Assembly: GCA_964016885.1 (NCBI GenBank)
Contig: OZ024740.1
Span: 224,130,001-224,194,000 of the forward strand
DNA length: 64,000 nt
Origin: Eledone cirrhosa
Lineage: Eukaryota
Direction of reading: 5' to 3'
A model generated the notes under the pieces. The model was not told the DNA's origin. It ran no database searches and saw only the letters and a list, made by a program, of their open reading frames with translations. Below, piece after piece: positions 13,551 to 26,761 of the stretch. The number at the start of each line of letters is the position of its first letter. Position 1 is the stretch's first letter. A program made the translations under genes and the position numbers.

Positions 13551-14025
13551 GCAAAAGCACCCATCCCACACTGTAAAGTGGCCATGTAGGTGTTATGGCA
13601 GAAAGCACCCATCCCACACTTTAAAGAGGTCATGTAGGTGCCACGACAAAAAGCACCCAGTTCATACTGTGATGTGGTCATCTAGGTGTCACGACAAAAA
13701 GCACCCAGTCCACACTGTAAAGTGGTCATGTAGGTGTCACGGCAAAAAGCACCCAGCCCACACTGTAAAGTGGTCATGTAGGTGTTATGACAAAAAGCAC
13801 CAAGTCCATATTGTAAAGTGGTCATGTAGGTGTCACAACAAAAAGCACTTAGTCCTCTCTGTAGATAAGGCTTGTTCTAGAAAGGGCATCCAGCTGTAGA
13901 AACCAAGCCAAAATCGGTTCTGTATGAGCATAACATGCTCACCTGACCTAGCACTGCTCACAAACGGATAACTTGTCTAACCCATGCCAGCGTGGAACAA
14001 TGGATGTTAAACAGTGTTGATGAGG
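13551..14025 (+). mobile_element. RTE 3' UTR with ~6.5 x 48-bp internal tandem repeat
   Basis: Unit AAAAAGCACCCAGTCCACACTGTAAAGTGGTCATGTAGGTGTCACGRC, then AAGGGCATCCAGC and the tail. Confidence 0.8.
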
Positions 14026-17000
14026 ATGTGCCTCCACAAAGCCTCTGTCTATTGGTTTCCACTCATAAAGCTTGGTTTTATCTAATGCTATGGTAAAGGC
14101 ACTTAGCCAATATGCCACAAAGGGAGATCAACCTCACATCTTAGGATTGTGAAGTGACATCTGAACATTTTGACCATATTGCCTCTAGATTATTATAGTT
14201 AAAGGATTTCGAATGTAAATCTCATATTTGGATTCATAGACAGAATTTTGGCATAGAATCTTATGCCTTGGAATTCAGATTATAAACTTAAACATTAGCA
14301 GTTATGGCTAACATAACACAGTTAATTAGCAATAATTTCAATAACATCTCATAATCAATCTCTGCACAATATTTGCCATGAATGTTTTACACCTTCCAGA
14401 AAAATGTAAAACGTTTTGATTCCCAAAGTGAGCCAATAGAGTCATTTAACCTCTCTGAAACTCTCTAGCCTCTGGCCAGCAAATATACTGTCTCTCTCCC
14501 TCTCTCTCCCTCCCTCTCTCCTTCTATCATCTATATAGTATAATAAAGGGAGGAGTGCGGTATAGCATCCAGTATATATTTTTTTATCCCATTAGTAAAA
14601 TAAGGTGGATTACTTTGAATAAATAATGAATAAATATTATGTAATTTATCTACTAAATTTCGTAATTCTTGATTAGACTTAAATATTCTTATATATAAAG
14701 TATTGCTTATTTTAAGATTCATTTCTTTAACATTTTCAAATGTCAATACTTCTGGTTAGTGTCAGTTATATCATAACACTTATTATATCGCTTATATAAA
14801 CATTCACATATTTGCATCATTATATAAGGTTTATATTTATGTTGTTAATTTTCTCCATTTTCGTTTTGATAACATTTTAGTTTATTATGTATGCAGCTTA
14901 TATATACTATCGTCTTTTTTAAATGTATCATGGATTACTTTACTGATTACATAAGAAAGTGTAACACAGACTTCATTCAATGTCTGTGGATATTGTCAAT
15001 TATGATTTCATTTGACATATCACATGCACACTACACATGCTAGCAGAAAACGAACCAAAGGGTGGTTTTTCTGCTAGTTATAATAATGCTTCTTGGAATT
15101 TGATGAACTCATGCCACCCCCTCTCAGGCATTCCAATTCATCTCTGCTCCTCTCACCACTTATGTGTTGTTTGACCCTTTGCTTTGTGCTAACCAACATA
15201 CCCATTTCTTCTTGCTTATGACTCTGGCCCTATAAATCGCCCTCTCCACTTATATCATTCCAAAAGGATGGACCAGAAACAATTTAAACAGAACAACTCT
15301 AACATTGATCTCTCCATTATCGGGTGGTCTGTGAAGGTCTTGGATTCTGCCCCTTCCTCCAGATAGGCAAATTGAATGGGTAACAGAAAAAACACAAAAA
15401 TAAAAAAAGATGCTAATCTGTATAAAGTTCCATCATCCCAAGCTGTGTTAAATAAAATTCCCAATTATCAATCTCTTTTAATGATATTTTCTTGTTAGCT
15501 ACGTCTCAAAATCACATTAGTGCTAAATCTTATGAGAAACCATTTTCTTTTGAAGTCATGTGTTTTGTAGATACCTCTTTCACAAGTAAGATCTAATTTA
15601 GGAATGTTACTTTCAAAACAGTACATGTATCTGTATCTGACTGTATGTATCTGACTGTATGTATATATTTGCTATCCTCTTTATTCAGTTATATGTTTGA
15701 ATATATTATATATATATGCATTCACATGTGATGCATGTAAAACTATATTCATGTTTATATATATATGCAAGTTTGTATTATAACAATCAGAGGGGAGTAA
15801 TTTTTTACTTAGTTTTACCCAGAATTTGTTTACAGCTAACAGTAAGTGTCTATGGAACAAAGATCTTTTAAGATATATGAAAACGTAATTCCTTCAAAAC
15901 TTCCAGTGCTGTTTTTCTAACAATCAACGTGATCAATATCTTTGCTTCATGTTTTGTTAGCTTATGGTATAATTTAATGTTCAGTCAAGACACTATCTGC
16001 ATTTATCTCCTATTTCAACCTAAATATTATCATGTTTTATATTCTCACCAAAACTTCTATACACTTAACTTTTTCTTTCTTTACAACTCTAGTACCTTAT
16101 TCTTATGTAATGTTTATTTTCTTGGTACCCACCTCTTTATTTCATCTCATAATATATCTCTGTCATGCTTCTAGTTTTTTCTGTGTTTTTATGCCTTATT
16201 TGTAGTTCAGACCATAAGAAAACCAAGGATATTTTCTTCCAAATTATAAGCTAAATTTCTCTCTGACCTTGTTATCTGTTATAGCTAATTTCAAGCAATG
16301 TTTTATATATATATATTATCGACCTCAGTGGTATATAATTTGTTATATCTATGACTCTGTTGCAAGCAAACACATCAATGTTTCATCTTTGTAGTCTCAC
16401 ACAGACAATATATTTTAGAGCTCCATTTTTTAATTGCGTTCTGTATCATAATATTTGGACTCTGTTTTTACATGTTTTGGTTTATTCCTTGTCATGATAC
16501 AATGGAATATTTTCATTGAAACGTTGATAATTCAGATATATATGGAATCTGATACTGGTATTGTTTATTTACTTGCAAAGCACCCATCAAAAATGATGGG
16601 CATGTATAGTAAAATTCCTTCATTGCAACATTATATATGAATAATCTTGAATCTCAAGTTTTCCTTGAACTTTGTCATCTCCTCCTCCCCATCCTCATCC
16701 TCCTCACCCTCCTCATTCTTCTTCTTCTTCTTCTTAACACTTGCTTGCTATTCCTAAGTGATTCAGTCACTAAATGAATATCTCTAGCCTGTCACTTTGG
16801 CAGTCACCGTATTTCATTTTATATCCATTTAAATCAATTACAGTAATTTTCTTTGATATTTCCTTTATTCATTAACAGAAATATATCTGTTAAACTATGA
16901 TATATTTTCTTTTGTTTGTAAACAAAATCATGGATGCAATCATACAACTATATATACATAAATACTCACACACACACACGTCTATCTGTCTGTGTGTCTG

Positions 17001-18315
17001 TGTGTGTGTGTGTGTGGGTGTGTGTGTTTGTGTGTATGTGTGTGTGTGTTCAGAATTTGACCTGAGTGAGATTTGGCTGCTATTTCTAGAGAATTAAGTG
17101 TTCTCATATGAGCTCCCTCATTGGCTTTTATGCAATTAATGAGTGTTGTTGTATAACATAGAAAATCTCAAGAGAATTACAAATTGTCCAATTAGAAATC
17201 AGAATACAATATATCTGGAATGTTCTGTCCATGACTGATGGATTACAATTGTTCTGTTTGGAAGGCGATGATACTTTCTATAGCACTTCTGAATTCCTTG
17301 AAATCTTTTGTTTCTTGGAAGAAATTTCAGACATATGCATTTAACCAAGCATTAATTTGTAATGTTTTGACAGGAGCACTGTGGTATCTTTCTGTCAGCA
17401 TGATTGAAGAGAGATATACAACCATGGAATTCTGATGTTTATTGATGTTTCATTAGTTTTCAACTGGAATGTATAATGCATTTTTGGGATTCCAGTTCTT
17501 AAATTATCTTTTGCCTTGCTTACCATAAAGTTTTTCTATATATCATCTAACAAATAATCTATGCTATATTTAATTTGGAAAAAACATCTATGGAACCACT
17601 TTCTCTTTTATGCCACTCCATCAAATTTTATACAATGCCACTAATTACTTCCATCATCTTGGTCCAAGAAATGCACCATGAATTATGTTTAATGTCACTG
17701 AATACAGGCTTTACAGAATTCCTAAAATTAAAATTACTATGGTTAATTAGCCCTACACCAGCCTTAATCAACCAAACTTATGATCAAAAGTGTTTCCATT
17801 GTGAATATCTCATCATATTTTCAAAGATTACATTATTCAATGCTTGCCTTTATAAAGATGGTATGCTATAGTTTGGGGGCTATTTAATTGTTATATCTAT
17901 TGCAGTCAACTAACCATCTATAGGTTCCATTATTGGTTAGTTTCTAAAACTAATTATTTACATACGTGCCGAATCAGATCTGCTGTTTGTAAAGCTTGTG
18001 TAATCTAAAACAGAGAATGTCTGTCTGTCCGATTCTCTAAAACTCGAGAACCACCCAATCGATTGTTTTCAAACTTTACCCATGTAATACTTATGGTCCT
18101 GTGAGTGTTCTGAGAAAAACTTATTTTAAATTTCAATGCCCTAGGGACAGCATTAGGTCATTTAGCGACCTCTCTCTATACTTCTTAGTCTTTCTTTTTA
18201 GATAGATACATAGATATAATGTTGCACCCTTCTTATAATATCTGTCTCTATGTCTGGCTGTCTGCATTACAACATTATGACGTCGATATCTCTGTGTGTG
18301 TGTATATATGTATAT

Positions 18316-18360
<45 letters not shown>

Positions 18361-18416
18361 TGTGTGTAACGCTTTTCGAAATATAAACTTATGCGTTCAC
18401 AGATTGATTTTTTTTT

Positions 18417-18467
18417 AGTTTCAGAAGATCCCATTAAGGGTGAAAGCAGCGATTCTTTGCTTAAACT
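18417..18467 (+). ncRNA. Type I hammerhead-like fold (core CAGAAGA)
   Basis: AGTTT-CAGAAGA-tCCC attaa GGGt-GAAA-GCA..TGC-TT-AAACT; homolog at 41844-41894(-). Confidence 0.5.
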
Positions 18468-18537
18468 TTAATCTGTTATTTTAATATATATAAATATATA
18501 TATATAATTATATATTCGTGTACAGATATGTCTGCAT

Positions 18538-19240
18538 ACATCATCATCATCATCACCGTACCGTTCTACGTCCGTTCTTCCACGCTAGCATGGGTTAGAT
18601 GGGTTGTCCTGTTGTGGGCAGTGTCTGGTCGGCTGACCATGCCTTGCTCATATAGGAACTGATCTGGCTTGATTTCTACAGCTGGATGCCCTTCCTAACA
18701 CCAACCTCATTTACAGTGAGTGATGGGTGCTTTTTCGTGGCGCCTACACGTCCACTTTACAGTGTGGGCTGGGTGCTTTTTTTGCCGTGGCACCTCCACG
18801 ACCACCTTGCGGTGGGGTGGGTGGGGTCATATTGTCTATATGCTTCAGCTTGTACCCATGAGAGGTCGGGTACTCTGTATTACTGCGTGACGCCAGAAGT
18901 CACGGTTGTGTGTCATTGCCTTTGAGAGGTGTAATTGGGTAAGGTCGGCTTTTATCACCTCATCCCAGGTCATCCTCTATCTAGTGCATCGCCTTTACCT
19001 TTGTAGCAGTTGACAATGATGCTACTGCACCAATCTTTTGGTATGACACCTTCTAGTATTACCTGGTTAACAATACGTGTGGTTATAGTGTGACCTACAG
19101 ACCCAGATGTCTTCAGCATCTCGGCAGCTATACCCGATGGACCGGTTGCCTTCCCCATCTTCATATCTTTAATTGCCTTTCTTACTACGCTGCTGCTGAC
19201 TTGTACTGCTGGCTCCTCTATAGGGTCTACTTGGGGCAAA
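18538..19240 (-). mobile_element. RTE-LINE fragment with internal deletion, nested in the Helitron
   Basis: KAIKDMKMGKATGPSGIAAEMLK..IPKDW..YKGKGD fused directly to C-terminal TWDEVIK; (ATG)n tail. Confidence 0.85.
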
Positions 19241-20514
19241 ATTGAGGGTTAGAAGCACAGTGGTGGTGGGATAATGGCAGGGTGTGTTGGGCTGCGACAG
19301 GGGAGGAGAGAGTTAGTTAGGTAGTAGTAGTAGTAGTAGTAGTAGTAGCAGTAGCAGCCGTAAAAATAGAGTAGTAGCAGTAGCAGCCGTAGAAATAGAG
19401 TAGTAGCAGCAGCAGCCGTAGAAATAACAAAATATAAACAAACGTATTTATTTCACGAGGCTCGAAAAGGATAAATATATATCAAATATATAAGAACCCT
19501 AGAGCAAATCCCAAGCAACGCCGGGCCATTCTGCTAGTAAGTAATAAAATAGAGAAATGAAACATTATCAGTGTTTGTAGTGTATATGCAGAAATTATAG
19601 TGTGTTATACGTAGGACAAGTTTTATTTGTATGAAAGAATAAGGAAGCATGTTTTAAAGATACTAGAACTTATAATACAAAATGGATAATAAATAAAAAT
19701 GGCTCATTGTTTGAGTATCAAGATTTCTTCCCTTGTACAAGGAAGAGAAGTGAGTGAAAACATGAAAAATAGTCGTTTTCTCATATTTTCTTCAAGTAAC
19801 TCAAAATGCCATGTTTATATAAGCAAATACAATTTAATTTATTGCTTATATCTCCTTAGTCTTTAGATGCAGACAAGTTTGTTTCTGCATTATTATGCTT
19901 CATATGTGAGGATTAATAGATTAATATCTAGTCAGTTTCTTATATTCAAGTTATTTTTCTTATATTCTAAGTCAGGAAAAGAGTGACAGAATAATAGAGA
20001 AAAGTGAAGAAAGAGGAGACAAAAAGGAAAATACATACATCTGATTCTGTTCTTTTTTTTTTCTTATTAAGGGGGAAAAATAAATGGAGATTGGGAAAGT
20101 TGTAAGTTAATGTTTGAACATGAAAAGATAAATGAAGGAAGACTTGAAGTAAAGCAGTTAGGTCGCACCTGTGAACATTAGTTGTCGCAGATAAAATGAC
20201 TCAAGATTGAAATACATGGCAAAATTTTGTAGCATGGACATTTTCAATTTGTAACAGCATTGGAAATGAATGTTACGACAATAATAGTTACTTAACTCAC
20301 ATCACACAATGACTTCATTTTTTTCCAGAGTAAAGGCTGTGTGAGTCAATTAATTGAATGCAAGTTCTTGACAGGTAGCTATTTAATCATCCCTGTAAGG
20401 ATAAGAAGCATAGTTTATGCAGGGATAAAGGGAAGTCAAGATTTGAATAAATACTATACACTATTTTGTATGATACCATACTGAGTCAGACATCGACCAA
20501 CAACTGATATTATA

Positions 20515-21140
20515 ATAATAATTTCTAAATTAAGCACAAGGCCACCAATTTGAGGGTAGTAGAAAGTCAGTTACAAGGGCACCAGTATTTGAATGGTACT
20601 TAATTCTAATGACTCGGGAATGGAAAATGACGAAGTTGGCCTTGCCAGAATTTGAACTCAGCATGTAACGAACTACAACTAAATGCCACAAAGTATTTCA
20701 ACCAATGTACTTATGATTTTAACAATTTTCCTAATAATATCAACTCTTTTTATACTAACCCACCCAAAACTGCTCCTGTTTCTATGAAGCAAAGCCAATA
20801 ATTTCAAAGGATCCCTTCTTAAATTAAAACCAACCAACTTAATTTCATATAAGAACATTTTGTTATTTTACAAGTATCATTTTAATGAATTATTCAGTAA
20901 TTAGTTAAAATGCAAAGTATTTAATTAAAAATACAGTAATGAAAGGGTTAAATAATAATAATAATGGTTTCTCTTTTATGCCAACAAATTTTTGTGGAAG
21001 GCGTAATTCGATTAAATCAACGCTAGTGTATCACTGGTACTCTATTCTATCGACCCCTTAAGGATGAAAAGCAAAGCTAACATCGATAGGATTTGAACTC
21101 AGAATGTAAAGGGATGTAACTGAATGTTGCAAAGCATTTA
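20515..21140 (-). mobile_element. Two decayed Nin-core SINEs (20515-20730, 20950-21140)
   Basis: GGATTTGAACTCAG; TCGACCCCTTAAGGATGAAA. Confidence 0.6.
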
Positions 21141-24100
21141 TACAATAAATGACAAAAATACACTCTTGACATATGGAAATATAAATCAGTTTATAACTTA
21201 AATTATTTAACTGGCATAGTTTTTCAGAGAGCAGTCATGCTGAGCCATGGCCTTGATAATTTACAGATTTTACAGATCTCTTTTTGTTGTACCACTAAAT
21301 TATATGATATAAACGAACATAGATACGACACAAATACACATAGGCCTACAATATCTTTTCACATATTTTTCATCTTTGTCAATCCAAGATACTTGCCGAA
21401 AGTGGGATTGAACATGAAACCACGAGGCTACACATTAAGTTTCTTAATTGCACAGCAATGTCTGTGCCTATAAATATGAATGATATCCAAGAATATACAT
21501 ACAACTAATAGATATATAGGTGAGAGCCAAAAATAAACTGGTTGCACTTATACGCTTTTTGCTGTTTCTATCCATTTATTTTCTTAATATTTGCAAGTAT
21601 GGATTTGCTTTCACAAATGGATGCAGTTTCTACTGCTGTCAACTCAATCCTGAATTAAGAATAGAACCTATTCATGTTAACCAGGTAAAATGGAATAAAT
21701 ATGGTTATGTAATCTGCCAAGTAGCAAACAGAATAGTTCTAGGAATAATGAAATCATGACCATGTATTTAGTGGTTTAGCTGCTTCATTGCCATATTTTT
21801 AATGATCGATTGAATCTATCGAGAAGATCTGATTTCATTTGCTAACGTCAAATTGGACCAAGGCAACAATGTTTCCAATTGTTTTTCTATTTATCATTAA
21901 TACTAACAACCAGTTGCAATGCCTCGCAGAAAGAGTAACATGAAATAAAATGTCTTGCTCAAGGACATTACACATTATCCAGTCTGGAATTCGAACTTAC
22001 AACCTCTTCTCTACCCAATAATCCTATTATTTTTAAATCTTAAAAAATAACCTACTTGCTCATTATTAAAGATGGTATTTAGAGCATAACATAACAAATA
22101 ATCATGAATAAAATTACCATGAGAGGGGTTTAGATAAATATAAACATTTTCGAATAAAAAGTGAGGTATCATATAGAACCAGGGATGGCATTAGGTAGTT
22201 TGGTATGACAAGTTTTAACTTCAGAAATGTAATGTAATCTATACAAAATATAAAATATAATGTACCAAAACTTGTATTTCTATTATATATATATTTTTTT
22301 TAAAAAGGTAGTTTTAAGTGGTACAAAATATCTAAAATGCTACTAAGATCAACATATTCCCAAATGTTTGTTACAGAAAATATCTAATAAATAGTAAACT
22401 GAAAGATTTCAACAATGATATATAATATATCAAATATATTTCAATGCAATAACTTCTTAAAATTCTCCTATGCAATATATTTTTGTGATAGATGCTGATA
22501 TATGATATCTAAATTTCTGACCACTATAATGCTTGTATGATTTTAACCTGTACAGATTACTGAATGAATCATAATAAATCAAAGAGCAGCACTGCAGACT
22601 GTGTGTAAATATATTCCCCAAACTCCATTACAGCATTTTGTTTCCAATCTATATTTCCATAATTTTACACTTGTATTCTGATTCGGCAACGTTCAGAAAA
22701 TAGAATATTAAGTAATCTTGTTATCTTGTACAATACTGCTTAACTGCAATGTCTGTTATAAGATTACCCCTGTTTTACAATAAAACAAATGTAATGGGAT
22801 CTAAGACAGAGAGTCAATAAATTCTTTCCCTAATGTCATATCAGCATGGCCTATTCTGAAATACCACATTCCCCACATTTTCTACTTGGCAATTTATAGC
22901 AAAGGTGTCTATATATTTTATAAATTATAAACTTTTTATGACATTAACATTCTCTATTTGGTTAGAAATCATTTTTTTGTTATTACATGCAACTTCAATT
23001 TCACAACCAGTACCTAACTTTACAAATATATTTACACTTTAATGGCGTCTGAAATTGAAGGTCACAAATTCAAATCTCGCCACAATACTTGTAATATGTA
23101 TTTAAGTAAATTACATGCATATATCTATTGAACTAAATTCTGCGAACACTAGAATTACTAAGAAACTGAATTCTCCATCAAATTGAATTTTAACCTTTAA
23201 ATGAATAATGGGAGGATATTCTCAGTGCCTGTTATTCGTTTGTATTCTGTAAAGTAGTAGTACTGGTGTTATCATAAAATGCCCACATAACATTCTTCAA
23301 AGTGGTTAGCATTTGGAAGGGCATCCAGGTTTAGAGACCACACCAGAATACAAAACGTTCAAAACAGATGTAATTATCTGACCCATCAATTCTTATACTA
23401 TGACAACCTATCCAATTTAATCCAGCATGGACAGCAGACATAAAATGATGATTATGATGATAATCACATTGAAACTGAATTGGTAAAATCATTAAAACCT
23501 CAGATTAAATCTCTCATTATACATGCTTCTCTTCCTGTGCTCTGATTTCAAATCCTGCTGAGGTCAATGTTTCTTTTCATGCAGTATAGATCAGTGGATT
23601 GGTAAAATTGTTACAATTTTTAATGTGACTAGTAGTATCTCTTTGAAACCCTTGCAATTTGAATTCAGCTGCAACATCATTAGTACCAAGATGTGTGTGC
23701 CCTTAAATTTCACTTGAACAATAGTGATGATGTGAGAGTGGGAGGATATTTGTATGTATAGGAACTACATGGCACCCCCAAAAATCTTGCCCAACCATGT
23801 GTCATGGAAAGATTCATTCCAGGTGCACACGAAACGTTTCATGAAATGTAGTTCTGGAGATTCATCATATTTCTACCTATCTTATTCTGATAAACTTCCA
23901 TTTTGGGGGATTTTGAAATAAAAAAAGACAATTGATGGAAGATTATTCTATTGGCTTCTGTCATTAGACTGTAGTCATGCTGTAACCCTGGGTTCAAGAT
24001 TTTATTCAATTATTCTTTCCAAGTTTGTTACTTATTTGTACTTAGTTTACCAAACTCTGATATATAAGTATATATATCACTTTCCCACTCTGATGATCGA

Positions 24101-24149
24101 CAAGATCCCAGATCTCATTCACTAGCCGAATGAGGTGGACCTCATCAAA

Positions 24150-24700
24150 TTGAAGTAAGTAAATAGTGTTTCCATTGGTCTTTCCATTGCTGATACTATC
24201 TACCAGTTGCAACTCCTGGCAGAAAGAGCAATGTGAAATAAAGTGTCTTGCTTTACCCAGCCCAAGAATCGAATTCATAACCTCATGATTGAAAATCAAA
24301 CTCTGTAACCACTAAGCCACAGAACAGAAGAGAAAAAATGCTGTCATCAATATATGGGACATCTTAATAAATAAAACTTTGGCATTTGTTAATCTGTGTT
24401 TAAGTATATGTCTAAAATCTAAAGTTTGTCTTAAGCCAGAAGGTTCATTATGGCCGGGGCTTATCCCGGTTTCATGGCGTGAAGCGACTCAGAGTACAAG
24501 ATAACCCCGCCCCTGAACAGGATGCCAGTCGATCGCAGGGTTAAACCCCAGCTATTGCTGGTACTCATTTTCAGCTGAGTATAATGGAGCAATGTGAAAT
24601 AAAGTGTTTTGCTCAAGAACACAACAAGCAACCCAGGAATGGAACCCACAGCATTATCATTGTAAGTCCAACACCCTTACCACTAAGTCAAATGTCTCCA
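24150..24700 (-). mobile_element. Two family-2 SINEs (24150-24320, 24450-24700)
   Basis: GAGCAATGTGAAATAAAGTG core in both, with tRNA heads. Confidence 0.7.
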
Positions 24701-24722
24701 CTTATGTATATTTATATATATA

Positions 24723-24821
24723 CAGTGTGACCCCAAAAAAGTATACACAGTTTGATTATATGCACAGACAATATTTATCAGAATGCTATTAAAGTGTGTA
24801 TAGATTTTTGGGGACATCCTG
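24723..24821. mobile_element. Tc1/mariner-type MITE
   Basis: TA-CAGTGTGACCCCAAAAAAGTATACAC ... GTGTATAGATTTTTGGGGACATCCTG-TA. Confidence 0.7.
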
Positions 24822-25074
24822 TATTTATAAATGGTTGGGTCATCGATGAGTAAACTGGCAATACAACCAAACTGGCTTGATTGGGGGGGGGGGGTGGAGC
24901 ACCGAGCTGAATGAAAAGCAAAACCCATCAAAGAACAGAGAAAGTCATGTGAGTCAATGACCATCCATTTCTATGAACATATGTGTGATGTTGTGAATGT
25001 GTGTGTGATTGTATGTGTGTGTACGTTATTTTTTAAAACGTTTATAAGATTTAAACTTTCATATATATATATAT

Positions 25075-25247
25075 AGTTTTAATATAGATGAGATTCTACA
25101 GGACTAGAACTGTTTCATTCTTTAGAAATCATCAGAATGAAACAGTTCTAGTCCTGTAGAATCTCATCTATATTAAAACTGTTATACTCTGCAATGTATT
25201 GAGTACCTTACTTACTGTGGTTACCTCCGATTCAACCCGGAATAACG
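25075..25247. mobile_element. Miniature fold-back PLE derivative with HHR core and tail
   Basis: Perfect arms 25075-25121 / 25134-25180; minus strand CTGATGA-tTTC taaa GAAt-GAAAC..GTC; flanked by (TA)n. Confidence 0.75.
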
Positions 25248-25308
25248 TATATATATATATATATATATATGAATTATAAGAATCAAAGAACTGTTCAAAA
25301 CATTTTTA

Positions 25309-25355
25309 TGCTTACAACTGTTTCCTCCAAACCGAGGTTTGGATTCTTCGGAGCA
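25309..25355 (-). ncRNA. Type I HHR (core CCGAAGA), sense copy
   Basis: Reverse complement of 28566-28612. Confidence 0.7.
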
Positions 25356-26761
25356 ATTTATTATTGAATGAACACTTATATGACCTCCTTTTCACCCAAG
25401 AGACATACAGATACACATGCAAATATTGTGGGTCAACATTCATTATAGCATTTAGTGTGGCAGTACACATTTAGAGATTACATTCATATTAAAAGATACA
25501 ATCAAAAATACAGGTTAAAATACAACATGAAATTAAGCGGTTATAGAGTGCAAAGGTTATATGTGTGGCAAGCACGTGCGTCTTGTTTATATAGTCGGGC
25601 AGAGAGTTACGTGTAATAGAAGCACTTAAGCAGGTAATCGAGAGTGTTAAGGTGGTTGATCTGGTGATGAATTCTTTATATGATTGTTATAGCCTGTGTG
25701 TGGAGAAATAATATAAGTATTAAAAATAGTGTAAGCATTAAAAATATTGGAAATGCGTAGCGAAGCGATGATATGGATTTCATGCACTGCGACATTTTCA
25801 TAGTCTGGGGAGCGTATTTTTCAGATTATATGCCCCTCACATAATCCACGACGGTTCGATATTGGGCATTTGACAATCCAGTTAGAGAATCGTAGTCTGA
25901 TGTTCTTTAGCCCAATACAGGAGGGTGTTACGTTGCGAGAATCGACATCGAAATACTACCCAGAAGTGTGTGTATGGCTAAGGGGAGGTAACTCAGTGGT
26001 TTCTATTACTATCTATTAAATTGTGTCTCAAAATAGACCCTAACTTATATGGTTATGTGCAGTTTCTACAAAATTTCTAAAAATTTAAAGTGTTTTAACT
26101 ATAGAGTAGACTATTAAGTTGTGCTGAAGGTGTTCTTATTATGGTGCTTAATCCCTATCGTAGAGTGCCACAAATGAATATTATACACGACGAGCGAGAA
26201 TTCTAAATTAATGATCTCTGTGATTGCAGTCTACTCAAAGAACCAGGCAAGGTGATTGCAGAATCACTTCAACACACAATGATCCCTGGTAAGTTCCGGG
26301 TCAGTGCATGCTATATTGGATGTCGAAAGATAATCATCACCAGGGCCGACCAGAGGTCAATCCACACTCCTCATGACTCCAATCTGACCATCAAATCATA
26401 CATATATGTACAACCCATACGCCACCTGCAATACATTCATTCACATACCGGTCGTACAGCTCATCAGCGTTACTAGATTAATTAGTTTTTCATTTGTCCA
26501 ACGATGGCACTTCCTCCGCATAGCACCAACAATACAATCAATTCAATGCTTAAATTAACTATAAAGTGGTGTAGTGCAATTCAAGCAAGTGGATGTTGTC
26601 ACACCTAAAGTAGAAGTACAAAGGGGTATTCCCCCTGTGAAGGGTTCTAGAGGTATGTCGCGATTTGTGTTATATTAGATCAATGAGTGTTGGGGATGTG
26701 GTATAAGGTGTGCCCATGGTGTTTGATGCTAGAGGTGGTGTTTGGTTCAAGTCCGACATTG

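Larger units (their letters stand above)
18004..19537 (+). mobile_element. Non-autonomous Helitron (Lep1-like) with internal cargo
   Basis: A|TC start with (CTGT)n; 3' CCCAAGCAACGCCGGG hairpin then CTAG|T. Confidence 0.7.

Noticed and set aside
13551-13860. CRISPR-like array
   Set aside because: Contiguous tandem units without unique spacers; part of an RTE UTR in a eukaryote
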